A DNA stretch of 64,000 nucleotides from a virus (IMGVR_UViG_3300005077_000565:104159-168158); one strand, 5' to 3'. Shown: positions 9,883-18,952, counted from the first letter of the stretch. Notes: generated from the letters alone by a model not told the origin. Numbers and translations are program-made.

Positions 9883-10956
9883 TTATTTCAAAATGTTATT
9901 AATCATAACAGTACTATTTAGATAATTGTCAATCAAAATCTGCTGTTGTCGGCGGATACTGTCCTGATATTTTTCTATATTATTAATGCGTTCACTGATA
10001 AAGTCAACGATATTTTGCCTATTAGTACGATAGGCGTCCAAACTGGAGGTCCACTCTGCGGGGTATTTAAACTCCGGCAGATACATTTCATGATAACTGG
10101 CGCGATCTGGTACGATTGGTACTGCCCCGGTCAAGACTGCTTCCATGACACTGATGCCTAGATTTTCATGTAGTGCACAACTAAAAATAGCGGCACTCTC
10201 GCCCATGACACGATAGTAATCGGCCTTGTTCAGTGACATCTTCTGTGTGATGACCATGTCGAAAGATTTAGCTAAATCTTCTGCAATCTCTGGTTGTTTG
10301 TCGGCGTTGTATCGATGAGGCCACATGACACGACGCTTCTTTTCAGTATTCTGATAGGGCGTCAACTGATCCACAATTAGTTCATGTGGCTGACCACTAC
10401 GAACTGCACGGCCATGGAATTCTGGCAGAATATTCAAATTCTTTAGGAACATGTCCTTGTGGAAATCTGTGGCGTAATAGTTATAGTCACTGGCATAAAA
10501 CCAACTACGTTCAGCCTCCCAGGGCCAGGGCTTCTTCATTTTGTATCCCAGGATGTCTGTGGGATCATAGGCGCCAGCATGCCAGATACTGTGAATTTCC
10601 ACTGGGATATCCAGCAGATCACTCATGTATTTGATGGGTGTAATTACAAAGTTCCAGGCGTCAGTCACTAAAAATTTATCACCAGGGCGAATTCGCCCCT
10701 GGCTGAACCATTTGGAAATTTCCAGGGCCTGTGACGCTTTATAGACGTTGGTGGCACCGAAGTCCAGGAATGCGCCACTGGATGTTTTATCCTCGATGCC
10801 GGCACCGTAGACTGTTACTACATCATAGCTCAGTCCGCGACGCTGAATCTCACATTCTAAAATTTTAGGAATATTATCGTACCACTGACGTGTGTAACGC
10901 TGATCAATTGGTTCAATGGGTACAATATAAATTGTGTTATTTGCCATAGTTTTCAT
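9883..10956 (-). CDS. GT-B glycosyltransferase (Glycos_transf_1-like; QTMAN/GTDC1-like motifs)
   Basis: WPHRYNADKQPE, EX7E motif HENLGISVMEA, PIVPDRASYHEMY. Confidence 0.8.
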   Translation of the reverse strand: MKTMANNTIYIVPIEPIDQRYTRQWYDNIPKILECEIQRRGLSYDVVTVYGAGIEDKTSSGAFLDFGATNVYKASQALEISKWFSQGRIRPGDKFLVTDAWNFVITPIKYMSDLLDIPVEIHSIWHAGAYDPTDILGYKMKKPWPWEAERSWFYASDYNYYATDFHKDMFLKNLNILPEFHGRAVRSGQPHELIVDQLTPYQNTEKKRRVMWPHRYNADKQPEIAEDLAKSFDMVITQKMSLNKADYYRVMGESAAIFSCALHENLGISVMEAVLTGAVPIVPDRASYHEMYLPEFKYPAEWTSSLDAYRTNRQNIVDFISERINNIEKYQDSIRRQQQILIDNYLNSTVMINNILK

Positions 10957-11722
10957 CTACACCTTGTCGTTCAATATCTGATTCAATGCAATCATCACCA
11001 TATTGTATTTCAACAACCCTGCAGGGCACGTCGAAGGGATTGGTGAGTTGATGCCATTCACCAACAAGTATAACATGAGAACGGTGTTTATTTAACTCTA
11101 TTGCTGGTAAAAGATAGCCATTGGCAGTCTGTGAATTTAGAATACTAGCACCCTCACTGACAATCCAGTATTCGTTTCGCTTATTGTGCCGTTGCATGCT
11201 TAACTTCTGGCCGGGATCTACAGTAATTTCCTTGACTTTCATTCCTGGTACTTCGTGCAATACACGGTAGTAGCCCCAGGGGCGATGTGTTTTTGGTGCC
11301 TTCCATTCCTGAAGAATCCAGCTGGAACTGTTCTTTTTGTCTTCGCCACCGACTCCAAACACAAACTCCAGATTGTCATCTTGAATATCCATTTCTGGAA
11401 TATTAGTCTTGGTTCGATCACCACCATTGGCAAAGATGATTCGGTCCTGTGGATAGCTCTGCCGAACCATACGAATTGCATCCTTGGCAGACCCGTCATC
11501 ATCATTAAATGTAATGACAAAGTCTACTCCGGTGATGTTCTTGACAATTTCACATCGCTCGGAAGACGGCATAAACGGAGCACCCTTTTTACGAGTCAAC
11601 CAAGGGTCGCTGTTAACACCCACAACTAGAATATCTCCTAGTTTTTTTGCTGCCTTGAAGTACGCAATATGCCCACTATGCAGTGGGTCAAATCCTCCAG
11701 TAATTAATACCACTTTTTTCAT
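10937..11722 (-). CDS. nucleotidyltransferase (HxGH) fused to a type II mannose-6-phosphate isomerase-like cupin
   Basis: GGFDPLHSGH and ANGGDR, followed by RPWGYY...LSMQRH..RNEYW...WHQL..P...EIQYG...ESDIER. Confidence 0.85.
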   Translation of the reverse strand: MKKVVLITGGFDPLHSGHIAYFKAAKKLGDILVVGVNSDPWLTRKKGAPFMPSSERCEIVKNITGVDFVITFNDDDGSAKDAIRMVRQSYPQDRIIFANGGDRTKTNIPEMDIQDDNLEFVFGVGGEDKKNSSSWILQEWKAPKTHRPWGYYRVLHEVPGMKVKEITVDPGQKLSMQRHNKRNEYWIVSEGASILNSQTANGYLLPAIELNKHRSHVILVGEWHQLTNPFDVPCRVVEIQYGDDCIESDIERQGVDENYGK

Positions 11723-11724
11723 TG

Positions 11725-13233
11725 TTATTCTCCGAGATTTTCTAAGAATTCTTCAGCCGCGTCTTCCTGTTCCGGGGACATTTCGTCAGCCTCACCAATA
11801 TATTGATCTTCAACTTCAAACAGGCAGTTAAAACTGTCAGTGGAACTGGTCAAAGACTTAGAGCCGTTGAAGTTAGCCAACATTGGTGCGGCCTCGTCCA
11901 GCATCTGCATGGGTGTCTCGCTACGGAATAGCTCGTCAATAAACTGTGTCATGTAGATGATATTTCTGGGAACATAAGGACTGAACTGCTCTTCTTTACT
12001 GCCAGATTTAAGTTTACGCCAGTGACGATGATTGGTGGTCACAGTGGACGATACTACGTCAGTCAGTGCATTCGCACGTTGAACACTTTCAATGTGCTGA
12101 TATACATTGTGTGCCATGAGCAAGAAATAACTGAAACTATCCCAGCTGGTTTTGCCTTCTTTACCGACCTTGTTGAGCATGCCGGGTTTGTAGTGGCAGA
12201 TATCGCCCAGTGTCAGACGCTCTGCGATGGGCCCACCGTAGGGGAAGGGAATAGTACTACCCGACAGCGCCTTGTTATCAAACGCACGATCCATGACATA
12301 ACCAAATCTATCAGACTTGTGCACGTGCTGTGTATACATGGTGCCGTTGGCAGTGGCCAGGAATGGACTAGCACAGTCAAACATAACTTCAATGTCAGAG
12401 TTTACATGCTCACGTAACGCACGTTTGATGGCAGTATAGGCCACGGCCCACTCTAGGCGACTGATACCTAGATAGTGTAGTAGATCTCGTTTACCACGCT
12501 CCAGCTGATGATCATCACGCATTTTGATCAGTGTGCGTAACACGATATTAATGTCGTTCTTGGCACTACCTCCGAAGGCAAAACCGTCTAGATCATGATG
12601 CTTCATGTGCTCGTACCAGTATTCGGCTTCAGCCCAGTTACGGCCCTGCATGACGTTTAGGTACTTGGTCTGCCACTTGCGATTACGTTTAAACCACTCT
12701 ACGTTGAAATCAGTGAATTCCAGACATTGATTAAAACTAGTGATACCGGTACGTTTACTGAATGTAGGGTCGGCAGCCAGAGTGGGGATATCCAGAATCA
12801 TTGAGTAATCACTGGTGTGCTCCAGCCAGTTCAAGATTGTATGACGTAGGCTGTCATCAGTTTTAAAGTTGGGCCAGTCGCACTGAATAACGCCCTTGAT
12901 GATCTGGAACCCACCGCTGTCACCCAGCATGAACGTATTTTTGCGATCGCGTTGCTGGACCATGGCGTCGTCAACATCAGCCTTGTTTAAATTAAGCTGA
13001 GCGTGGCCAGCTGAATACAACCCCCATTTGTAGGTAAAGTACCCGGCATCCTGATTCAGAAAGTTGCAACCTTCAATGCCGTTTTCAAATCCCTGTGGGA
13101 TTCTTTCCTGCGGCACAGCCACAGGATTGGCACGTTGCCGCGCAATGTAGTTATTGTAAAACGTACTGATACTAGGCAGAAAGACTGCATAGTCGCGGTT
13201 ACGTTCAGTTAGATTAATACGTGTGGCAGACAT
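11725..13233 (-). CDS. dpdA: TGT-fold guanine transglycosylase (DpdA-like)
   Basis: LGDSGGFQ, MILD, VMQG, GFAFGG, LHYLG, MFDCASP and HN motifs in TGT order; sits in a deazaguanine cluster. Confidence 0.72.
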   Translation of the reverse strand: MSATRINLTERNRDYAVFLPSISTFYNNYIARQRANPVAVPQERIPQGFENGIEGCNFLNQDAGYFTYKWGLYSAGHAQLNLNKADVDDAMVQQRDRKNTFMLGDSGGFQIIKGVIQCDWPNFKTDDSLRHTILNWLEHTSDYSMILDIPTLAADPTFSKRTGITSFNQCLEFTDFNVEWFKRNRKWQTKYLNVMQGRNWAEAEYWYEHMKHHDLDGFAFGGSAKNDINIVLRTLIKMRDDHQLERGKRDLLHYLGISRLEWAVAYTAIKRALREHVNSDIEVMFDCASPFLATANGTMYTQHVHKSDRFGYVMDRAFDNKALSGSTIPFPYGGPIAERLTLGDICHYKPGMLNKVGKEGKTSWDSFSYFLLMAHNVYQHIESVQRANALTDVVSSTVTTNHRHWRKLKSGSKEEQFSPYVPRNIIYMTQFIDELFRSETPMQMLDEAAPMLANFNGSKSLTSSTDSFNCLFEVEDQYIGEADEMSPEQEDAAEEFLENLGE

Positions 13234-13242
13234 TTACATTCC

Positions 13243-13989
13243 TTAGACAGTCAAAGCTGGTAGAATGTAGTCGTATTTCCCAATCCCACTGTCAACGCTG
13301 ATCTGAAGAGCACCACGACGGCTGATCTGCATCACGCAAGTACCGCTCATGCCCAGTTTAAGAATAGCCAGAACCTGTGTCAGTGGCCAAGAGTAGCCTT
13401 CATTCAAGTCACCGTCTACGTTGGTGGCAAACGTTCTACGACCAGTATAAGATCCATCAGCTGCACCCACTGTGATGATTAAATTACCGCCTTCAGTTTT
13501 AACTGTAAAGTTGGGTTCAATGCCACCATAGATACCAGCAACCTGTGTCAATTCGCTGACCTTGGCTTTGGTGGGCTGGAATGTAACGTCCCACTCAACA
13601 CCCTTGAACTTGACAGTCTGTAGTGTCTGATCGATGATTTCCTTGCTCATGAAGCGATAGCGGTCAGTGTTGCCGGCGGAATCCTTAAACAGCAGATGAT
13701 CAGGAGATTCAACTCCGTTGCGTTCACGCTTTACCACGGTGACACTGGAATCCTCTCCACTGTAGTTGGGTAGTTTGCTCACGCCACTCAGGAAGGGTAG
13801 ATTCCCTAGGCCAAATTCCCCAACAAAGTCGGGTTCAGCGTTGTGTAGCTTTGCTTTAAGAATAACCGTGCGCTCACTGTCCATGGCATCCAGTAAAGTT
13901 TCGTCGTCAGTACCAGTGACCTTGACATTTTCAATAAAGCCTAGACCAGCAGTATGTTTCACGATATCAGCAATAACGTCTTTCATCAA
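13243..13989 (-). CDS. putative DNA polymerase sliding clamp (gp45/PCNA-like)
   Basis: 248 aa two-domain size, C-terminal YDYILPA; polB and clamp loader are in the window. Confidence 0.65.
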   Translation of the reverse strand: MMKDVIADIVKHTAGLGFIENVKVTGTDDETLLDAMDSERTVILKAKLHNAEPDFVGEFGLGNLPFLSGVSKLPNYSGEDSSVTVVKRERNGVESPDHLLFKDSAGNTDRYRFMSKEIIDQTLQTVKFKGVEWDVTFQPTKAKVSELTQVAGIYGGIEPNFTVKTEGGNLIITVGAADGSYTGRRTFATNVDGDLNEGYSWPLTQVLAILKLGMSGTCVMQISRRGALQISVDSGIGKYDYILPALTV

Positions 13990-14068
13990 GACTCTCCTTT
14001 AATATTAATAAGTTAAGTATATGTTATATTTAGATCAAGTCAAGATCTACCTAGAGTTATCCTGACAG

Positions 14069-14091
14069 ATTTCGGGGCTGGGCCCCGAAAT
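14069..14091. terminator. hairpin, probable terminator
   Basis: ATTTCGGGGC-TGG-GCCCCGAAAT. Confidence 0.6.
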
Positions 14092-14094
14092 TGA

Positions 14095-14403
14095 TCACTT
14101 GTTTCTGTAATAGCCGCCGTTGGTCCAGGGAAACTGGAATGTACCCACGTGAATTTTTAATTTCTTAGGGCTACGGTCAGCACTAAATTTAATATTCACA
14201 TCGTAGGTGATGGCAGTTTCGCGATCAAAACTGTAGATGCTGAATTCACGAATCTTACCCTCGGCTCTGAGGTCGCTGAGGTAAGCGGCAAAAAGTTTAT
14301 AAACTGGGCCACTCTGGCGTTGTTCCAGTACGCCGTCCCAGGGCTCGATGATCTTTAGAAGATCGTATTTTACATCATTAATGTTCATGTAATGACTTGA
14401 CAT
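14095..14403 (-). CDS. hypothetical protein
   Basis: Start adjusted to MSSHYM, just after the upstream stop. Confidence 0.65.
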   Translation of the reverse strand: MSSHYMNINDVKYDLLKIIEPWDGVLEQRQSGPVYKLFAAYLSDLRAEGKIREFSIYSFDRETAITYDVNIKFSADRSPKKLKIHVGTFQFPWTNGGYYRNK

Positions 14404-14404
14404 A

Positions 14405-14785
14405 TTATGCCTCAAACTTAACAATTGCACCATTTTCATTATCTTCGCTGACAGAAATAGTCATACGTCGGCCAGGATAACGATCGTTGATCGAAGTTGC
14501 TAGATCTTCTGCGATCATTTCACAAGATTTGTGGTTCAGCACCAGCGTACCTTGATCGTACAGTCGCTCCATCCAGCGTTTGAATTGAATGAATTCCACA
14601 TCGCGGTCGTCATGAAATACTTCAAGTTCAACACGAAAGTGAAAAATATGACGATGTGGATATGCTAGAAAGCTAACATCATCCCAATCACCAGTGGCCA
14701 ATTTAGGATCAGTCTCGGCTGCGGGATATCGGTGGATACCTTCTTTCTGAAACGTAACCCAAATTTTTGTCTTGGTTTTTTTCAT
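14405..14785 (-). CDS. QueD-paralogous T-fold protein, DpdL-like (putative CDG decarboxylase)
   Basis: EGIH, LAYPHRHIF (LxxxHRHxF), SCEMIA, VSEDNENG; deazaguanine context. Confidence 0.65.
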   Translation of the reverse strand: MKKTKTKIWVTFQKEGIHRYPAAETDPKLATGDWDDVSFLAYPHRHIFHFRVELEVFHDDRDVEFIQFKRWMERLYDQGTLVLNHKSCEMIAEDLATSINDRYPGRRMTISVSEDNENGAIVKFEA

Positions 14786-14789
14786 ATTA

Positions 14790-14954
14790 TTATTCAACTG
14801 CTAGTTTTTTTTCTAGACGCTGCATGATCTGTAGAATTTCCCACAGTTTCCAGTCAATTGACTTTGCAAGCTCCATGAGCTGCTCAGCGGCGTCGCGTTT
14901 ATCTTGTTCTTCATCAGGTACCTGATCCTCTACAAGACGAATTTTTTTAACCAT
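14790..14954 (-). CDS. small hypothetical protein (54 aa, IDWKLWE)
   Basis: Below the ORF-track cutoff. GGAGA SD; fills the gap exactly. Confidence 0.7.
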   Translation of the reverse strand: MVKKIRLVEDQVPDEEQDKRDAAEQLMELAKSIDWKLWEILQIMQRLEKKLAVE

Positions 14955-14975
14955 TATTTTCTCCGAAATAATATA

Positions 14976-15176
14976 TTATACACATTGATTAAGTCGTTGC
15001 TTAATCAGCTTAATTTCATCGTTAATTTTAACTTTTTCCATTTTAAGTTCGTTAACGATTTCATCTTTGACATGACTAGAATACAACAATTCCATTCGTT
15101 TGTCAAGATCTTTTTTCTTCAACAACAAGTGGTCCAGGTGGTGTTGAAGTTTGTCTGGATGTAGATTTTTCGACAT
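14976..15176 (-). CDS. small coiled-coil protein (DUF465-like)
   Basis: LKMEKVKINDEI pattern. Confidence 0.55.
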   Translation of the reverse strand: MSKNLHPDKLQHHLDHLLLKKKDLDKRMELLYSSHVKDEIVNELKMEKVKINDEIKLIKQRLNQCV

Positions 15177-15188
15177 AAATTTTTCCTA

Positions 15189-17831
15189 TCAACCAAAATC
15201 AAATAAATCACTGAAGGTATTCTTTTCACTGGCACTCATTAGGTCCCAGTTCATAACGCCCAGGAGGTTGTCAATTTTCTGTGTAATGATGGCATCCTCC
15301 ATGGCCTCGTCGTCAAAGGGCAAGTCCTTGAACCATTGCGGTATTCGTTTTTCGTCGGTGGGTATACCGATACTGGTCATTCCCAGTGGGTTTGATTTGA
15401 GTTTGCACACAATAGTTTTCATACCATCAGTGATCTCCATGCTATAGGAATCACTGTTCATCTTGCGTAGACGGTTATAGTTGATGGCAGCCAGAGCGTG
15501 TCCAACACCACACTTACCGGTCTTTTCGTAGATTTTGGTGTGATTGGTTAGATTGTTCACACGCTTGGGTGTGCCCTTTTCCCAGCTGGGCATCTGACGG
15601 AATGGTTTACGGAACTCTTTGATGCGTTCAATAACACTGCGTTCGCCCTGCCCGGTCAGTGTCATAACCAGCAATTCATTTAGGAAATCCTGTATGTATT
15701 TGGGTGTGTCACTGCGTTTAAGGTCCAGACCCATGGCTTTGATCTTTCCAGGTTTACCTTCCTGATCTTCACGATAGCCTTCGTTATCATATACTAGGAT
15801 AGCATAACGTTTTTTAGTAATGAAGATACCGGCTAGACCTACAATTTCTCGACCAGCGGCAATAATTTTACCTAGCTCAGCGGGGCAATTGTGACCCTGA
15901 TTCATATATTGACTAAATGTATCGTTGGCAGCTTCACAGACTGCGTCGTAATATTTTACAACACTGTCACGAGTCCATTCTAGTTCACCGCGTTGAATTT
16001 GGTCCTTGAGTACTGGGTATGCGCTGAAATAACAAGAGTCAGTGTCGCCGTAGATAATACTGCGTCCCGTGTGATTATATTCACCATCAATGATGCGATT
16101 GACTTCAGCCGCCATGTGTCGAGCAATACAACGGCCAGTCAGTGTAGTACTCTGCCCTAGACGTTGATCAAAAAAGCGACAACCGGCATTAAGTAGAGCA
16201 CCGTATAGACTGTTTAGGTTAATCTTTTTAACCAGCTGACGCTTGTCCCAGAATGCATATTGTTTATCATCAACACCCTTGAAGCTCTTGGCTTTTTTCT
16301 GTAGTTCTTTACGTTCAGCGTACCAGCGTTCTAGTAGACCAGGAATCACACCCTGTACATCATGACGGAAGATTGTGGCATTGGCACTCAAGATCCAGGG
16401 CTGGCCGCTTAAAAACACTAGATCATATATTTCAGCCCCGGTGGCCTGAATACTAGAGCCATCTTCAAAATCAACTACAAGAATAGTCGAACGATCCTTG
16501 TCCATGATTAGCTCATACTCTGGACAGGCAAAACGACCTTCCCAGGCTTCAGACACCGTTTTATGGCTGGCCAAAAGTTCTTCAGTCAGCGTTTGTCGCA
16601 CCTGGCCCACAATGGTTTCAGTGCTCATGTTGCCACTTCTGAGAATCGACGGGTACAAGCTGTTCAAGTCCATGCTGCCAATCCACTCGTGCATGCCTTT
16701 GACTGGTGTAGCCACGTATGCACCAGCTGCCTGCGTGCTGCCTTCATGACTGCGCTTGTCTGGAACTTGCATGCCTCGACGATGTGCTTCGTTGATAATA
16801 GCCTGTTCAGTCTGAGCCACGGCACCCATGGTGGTCTGCAACAGCACGGTGTTGGCGTGCGCCAGGACGTTGGCTAGATCAATGAACTGAAGTTTTTTGT
16901 CTAGTTTAACCAGCAAGTCCACGTCCTGACGGTTATAGCCGATAAACTTTTCAAAGTCATTGTTATATAACTGGTCCAGTGTACCTTCGTATTCTACTTT
17001 ATGTTCTTTGAGTTCGTATTCGGCAATGGCATCTAGACTGTAGCTATGCATTTCATGGTAAGTATACTTGCGATACAGTTCCAGATAGTCCAGGTGTACA
17101 CGCCCTACAGTTTCATAGGTTTCCTGAATCTTACCAAATTTTTCATATTCTTTGCGCTTGGGGTACTGATCCCAGAGGCAGAATTTTCTAGTATATTCTT
17201 TGCCTAGAACACGAGCAACTCGATTGACCAGATAGGGCACGTCGAACCCCTCACTGTTCCATCCGCTGATGACGTCAGCATCATCAATCAGCTCCAGGAA
17301 TGTGGTCAGTAGATCTTCTTCGGACTCCATGAGCAGAGTGTCAGGGAATTTGTCTACAATGGCTTGCGCCTGATCGGCAGTTAATGTTTTTGGCGCTCGT
17401 ACCAGACAGATAGTGCGCTCCAGCCAATTCAAATGAACTGCTACTGCAGTCACTGGGTTAAAGGGGTCGCTGGGATCAGCAAACCCTAGTTCTTTGTTGA
17501 AGTCAACCTCAATGTCGAAAAATACAATGTGTAGGTCTGGTGCGTCGGCATTTAGATAATTTTCCTCAATACAACGGAATACTGGATTAATATCGCTCTC
17601 GTAGAGTTGCTTGTGGCTATATATTTTCTTCTCACGCTGAAAAATCTTGCCATTAGTAGTAACCACACGTGTCAGTGGCTCACCCCAGATACTTTTAAAT
17701 TTTCCCTTGGGGTCGGGATAGTAGAATACATAGCGTGCTGGGAATTGCACATATTTTCTAACACCATCGCGGCGTTCCACAATATTGATCACATCACGAT
17801 TGCGATCAATAATACCATCTACATAGCTCAT
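15189..17831 (-). CDS. DNA polymerase, family B (T4 gp43-like)
   Basis: Exonuclease motifs FDIEV and GWNSEGFD; polymerase motifs DLNSLYPS, KINLNSLYG, YGDTDS, KKRY. Confidence 0.97.
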   Translation of the reverse strand: MSYVDGIIDRNRDVINIVERRDGVRKYVQFPARYVFYYPDPKGKFKSIWGEPLTRVVTTNGKIFQREKKIYSHKQLYESDINPVFRCIEENYLNADAPDLHIVFFDIEVDFNKELGFADPSDPFNPVTAVAVHLNWLERTICLVRAPKTLTADQAQAIVDKFPDTLLMESEEDLLTTFLELIDDADVISGWNSEGFDVPYLVNRVARVLGKEYTRKFCLWDQYPKRKEYEKFGKIQETYETVGRVHLDYLELYRKYTYHEMHSYSLDAIAEYELKEHKVEYEGTLDQLYNNDFEKFIGYNRQDVDLLVKLDKKLQFIDLANVLAHANTVLLQTTMGAVAQTEQAIINEAHRRGMQVPDKRSHEGSTQAAGAYVATPVKGMHEWIGSMDLNSLYPSILRSGNMSTETIVGQVRQTLTEELLASHKTVSEAWEGRFACPEYELIMDKDRSTILVVDFEDGSSIQATGAEIYDLVFLSGQPWILSANATIFRHDVQGVIPGLLERWYAERKELQKKAKSFKGVDDKQYAFWDKRQLVKKINLNSLYGALLNAGCRFFDQRLGQSTTLTGRCIARHMAAEVNRIIDGEYNHTGRSIIYGDTDSCYFSAYPVLKDQIQRGELEWTRDSVVKYYDAVCEAANDTFSQYMNQGHNCPAELGKIIAAGREIVGLAGIFITKKRYAILVYDNEGYREDQEGKPGKIKAMGLDLKRSDTPKYIQDFLNELLVMTLTGQGERSVIERIKEFRKPFRQMPSWEKGTPKRVNNLTNHTKIYEKTGKCGVGHALAAINYNRLRKMNSDSYSMEITDGMKTIVCKLKSNPLGMTSIGIPTDEKRIPQWFKDLPFDDEAMEDAIITQKIDNLLGVMNWDLMSASEKNTFSDLFDFG

Positions 17832-18052
17832 GCGTACAAAAGACCTAGAATATAAATTACAGTTAATCCAATGTTAAACCATAACAGGCTGTTCTCATGC
17901 CAGAGATAGCCCACTAAAATCCACAAAGAGTTTCCGATAATAAAGAAGTAGTGATGAATGTATAATTCTGGTTTAAAACTGGCAAAAGCTGCCGCGGCGA
18001 TTACCACTGCAGTACTGAGCCAGGCCAACCATTGATAGGGTTTTACAACCAT
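17828..18052 (-). CDS. small 3-TM membrane protein
   Basis: Hydrophobic 74 aa. Confidence 0.7.
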   Translation of the reverse strand: MVVKPYQWLAWLSTAVVIAAAAFASFKPELYIHHYFFIIGNSLWILVGYLWHENSLLWFNIGLTVIYILGLLYA

Positions 18053-18327
18053 GTCATAGCCCTCGCGAATCCAAATATATTAACAAATGCGAAGTAACCT
18101 GTCAACAACAGCGGCCAGACTAGTTTTCTACGATAGTAGGCAACGACTGCTGTAACACTACCGACAAAAAATCCCGGATACACCAGTGTAAGATCAGGAT
18201 CACGTGCGGTGATAGCCAGTGTCAGACTTGCCGACACAGTGAATACAAAACTTACTACCTCTAACCAGAAGCTAGTGGTGTCAGTTTCGTAGCTGTGTCG
18301 CCAAAAATTAATTATACGCTGAATCAA
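18043..18327 (-). CDS. small 3-TM membrane protein
   Basis: Hydrophobic; similar to 27047..27358. Confidence 0.7.
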   Translation of the reverse strand: MIQRIINFWRHSYETDTTSFWLEVVSFVFTVSASLTLAITARDPDLTLVYPGFFVGSVTAVVAYYRRKLVWPLLLTGYFAFVNIFGFARAMTWL

Positions 18328-18578
18328 AGTGTACGTCCGACTTTTTCTAGAATAACTTCTAGTTCGTCAAATTCTTCACGTTTCTTGCCGAATTCGGCTT
18401 TGTAGGCAATATTGATTGCCTTGTTAAGTACTGCTGGTTTGATTTCCAGTTCCTCGGCCACGGCAGTGACAGCATCCTTGAGACCGTCACGCAGAGCCTC
18501 CATTTCACTTTTTACCTGAATGCCTTCATTGATAATCTGCTTTAGTTTAGTTACGTCTGCTTCACCAAAGGTTTTCAT
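18324..18578 (-). CDS. T4 DsbA/GapR-like dsDNA-binding protein
   Basis: LKDAVTAVAEELEIKPAVLNKAINIAYK helical pattern; GGAGA SD before MKTFG. Confidence 0.6.
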   Translation of the reverse strand: MKTFGEADVTKLKQIINEGIQVKSEMEALRDGLKDAVTAVAEELEIKPAVLNKAINIAYKAEFGKKREEFDELEVILEKVGRTL

Positions 18579-18676
18579 GTGTGTAAATCTCCGTTTAATT
18601 AAATTGAACAATACAAAATACCAGGACAGTATCTTGCATGTTCAGATTATACAACGGAAATTTGAAAAAGCAACTG

Positions 18677-18952
18677 TTATTTTTTTCTAGATTCCAGTGC
18701 CGCAATTCTAGACTCTAGATCGTCTATTTTTTCAGCTAGATTGGGTTCTTGCTGGCGCCAGGCATCCACTGGTTGATCCAACCAGCGCCAGCCGTATCTT
18801 TCTCTGAAAAAGTCCAGTAGTTGATCAAATTTTCGATAACCCCAGATGCCCAATTTAGTATCTTTGAGGTAGGCCAACGCGGTTGCGCCGACAATCGAAC
18901 CTAGAATAGCAGTGTAAATCCAGAGGGTGTCGTCAAAAAGTCTTGATAGCAT
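18677..18952 (-). CDS. membrane-anchored hypothetical protein
   Basis: N-terminal TM, C-terminal coiled coil. Confidence 0.7.
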   Translation of the reverse strand: MLSRLFDDTLWIYTAILGSIVGATALAYLKDTKLGIWGYRKFDQLLDFFRERYGWRWLDQPVDAWRQQEPNLAEKIDDLESRIAALESRKK

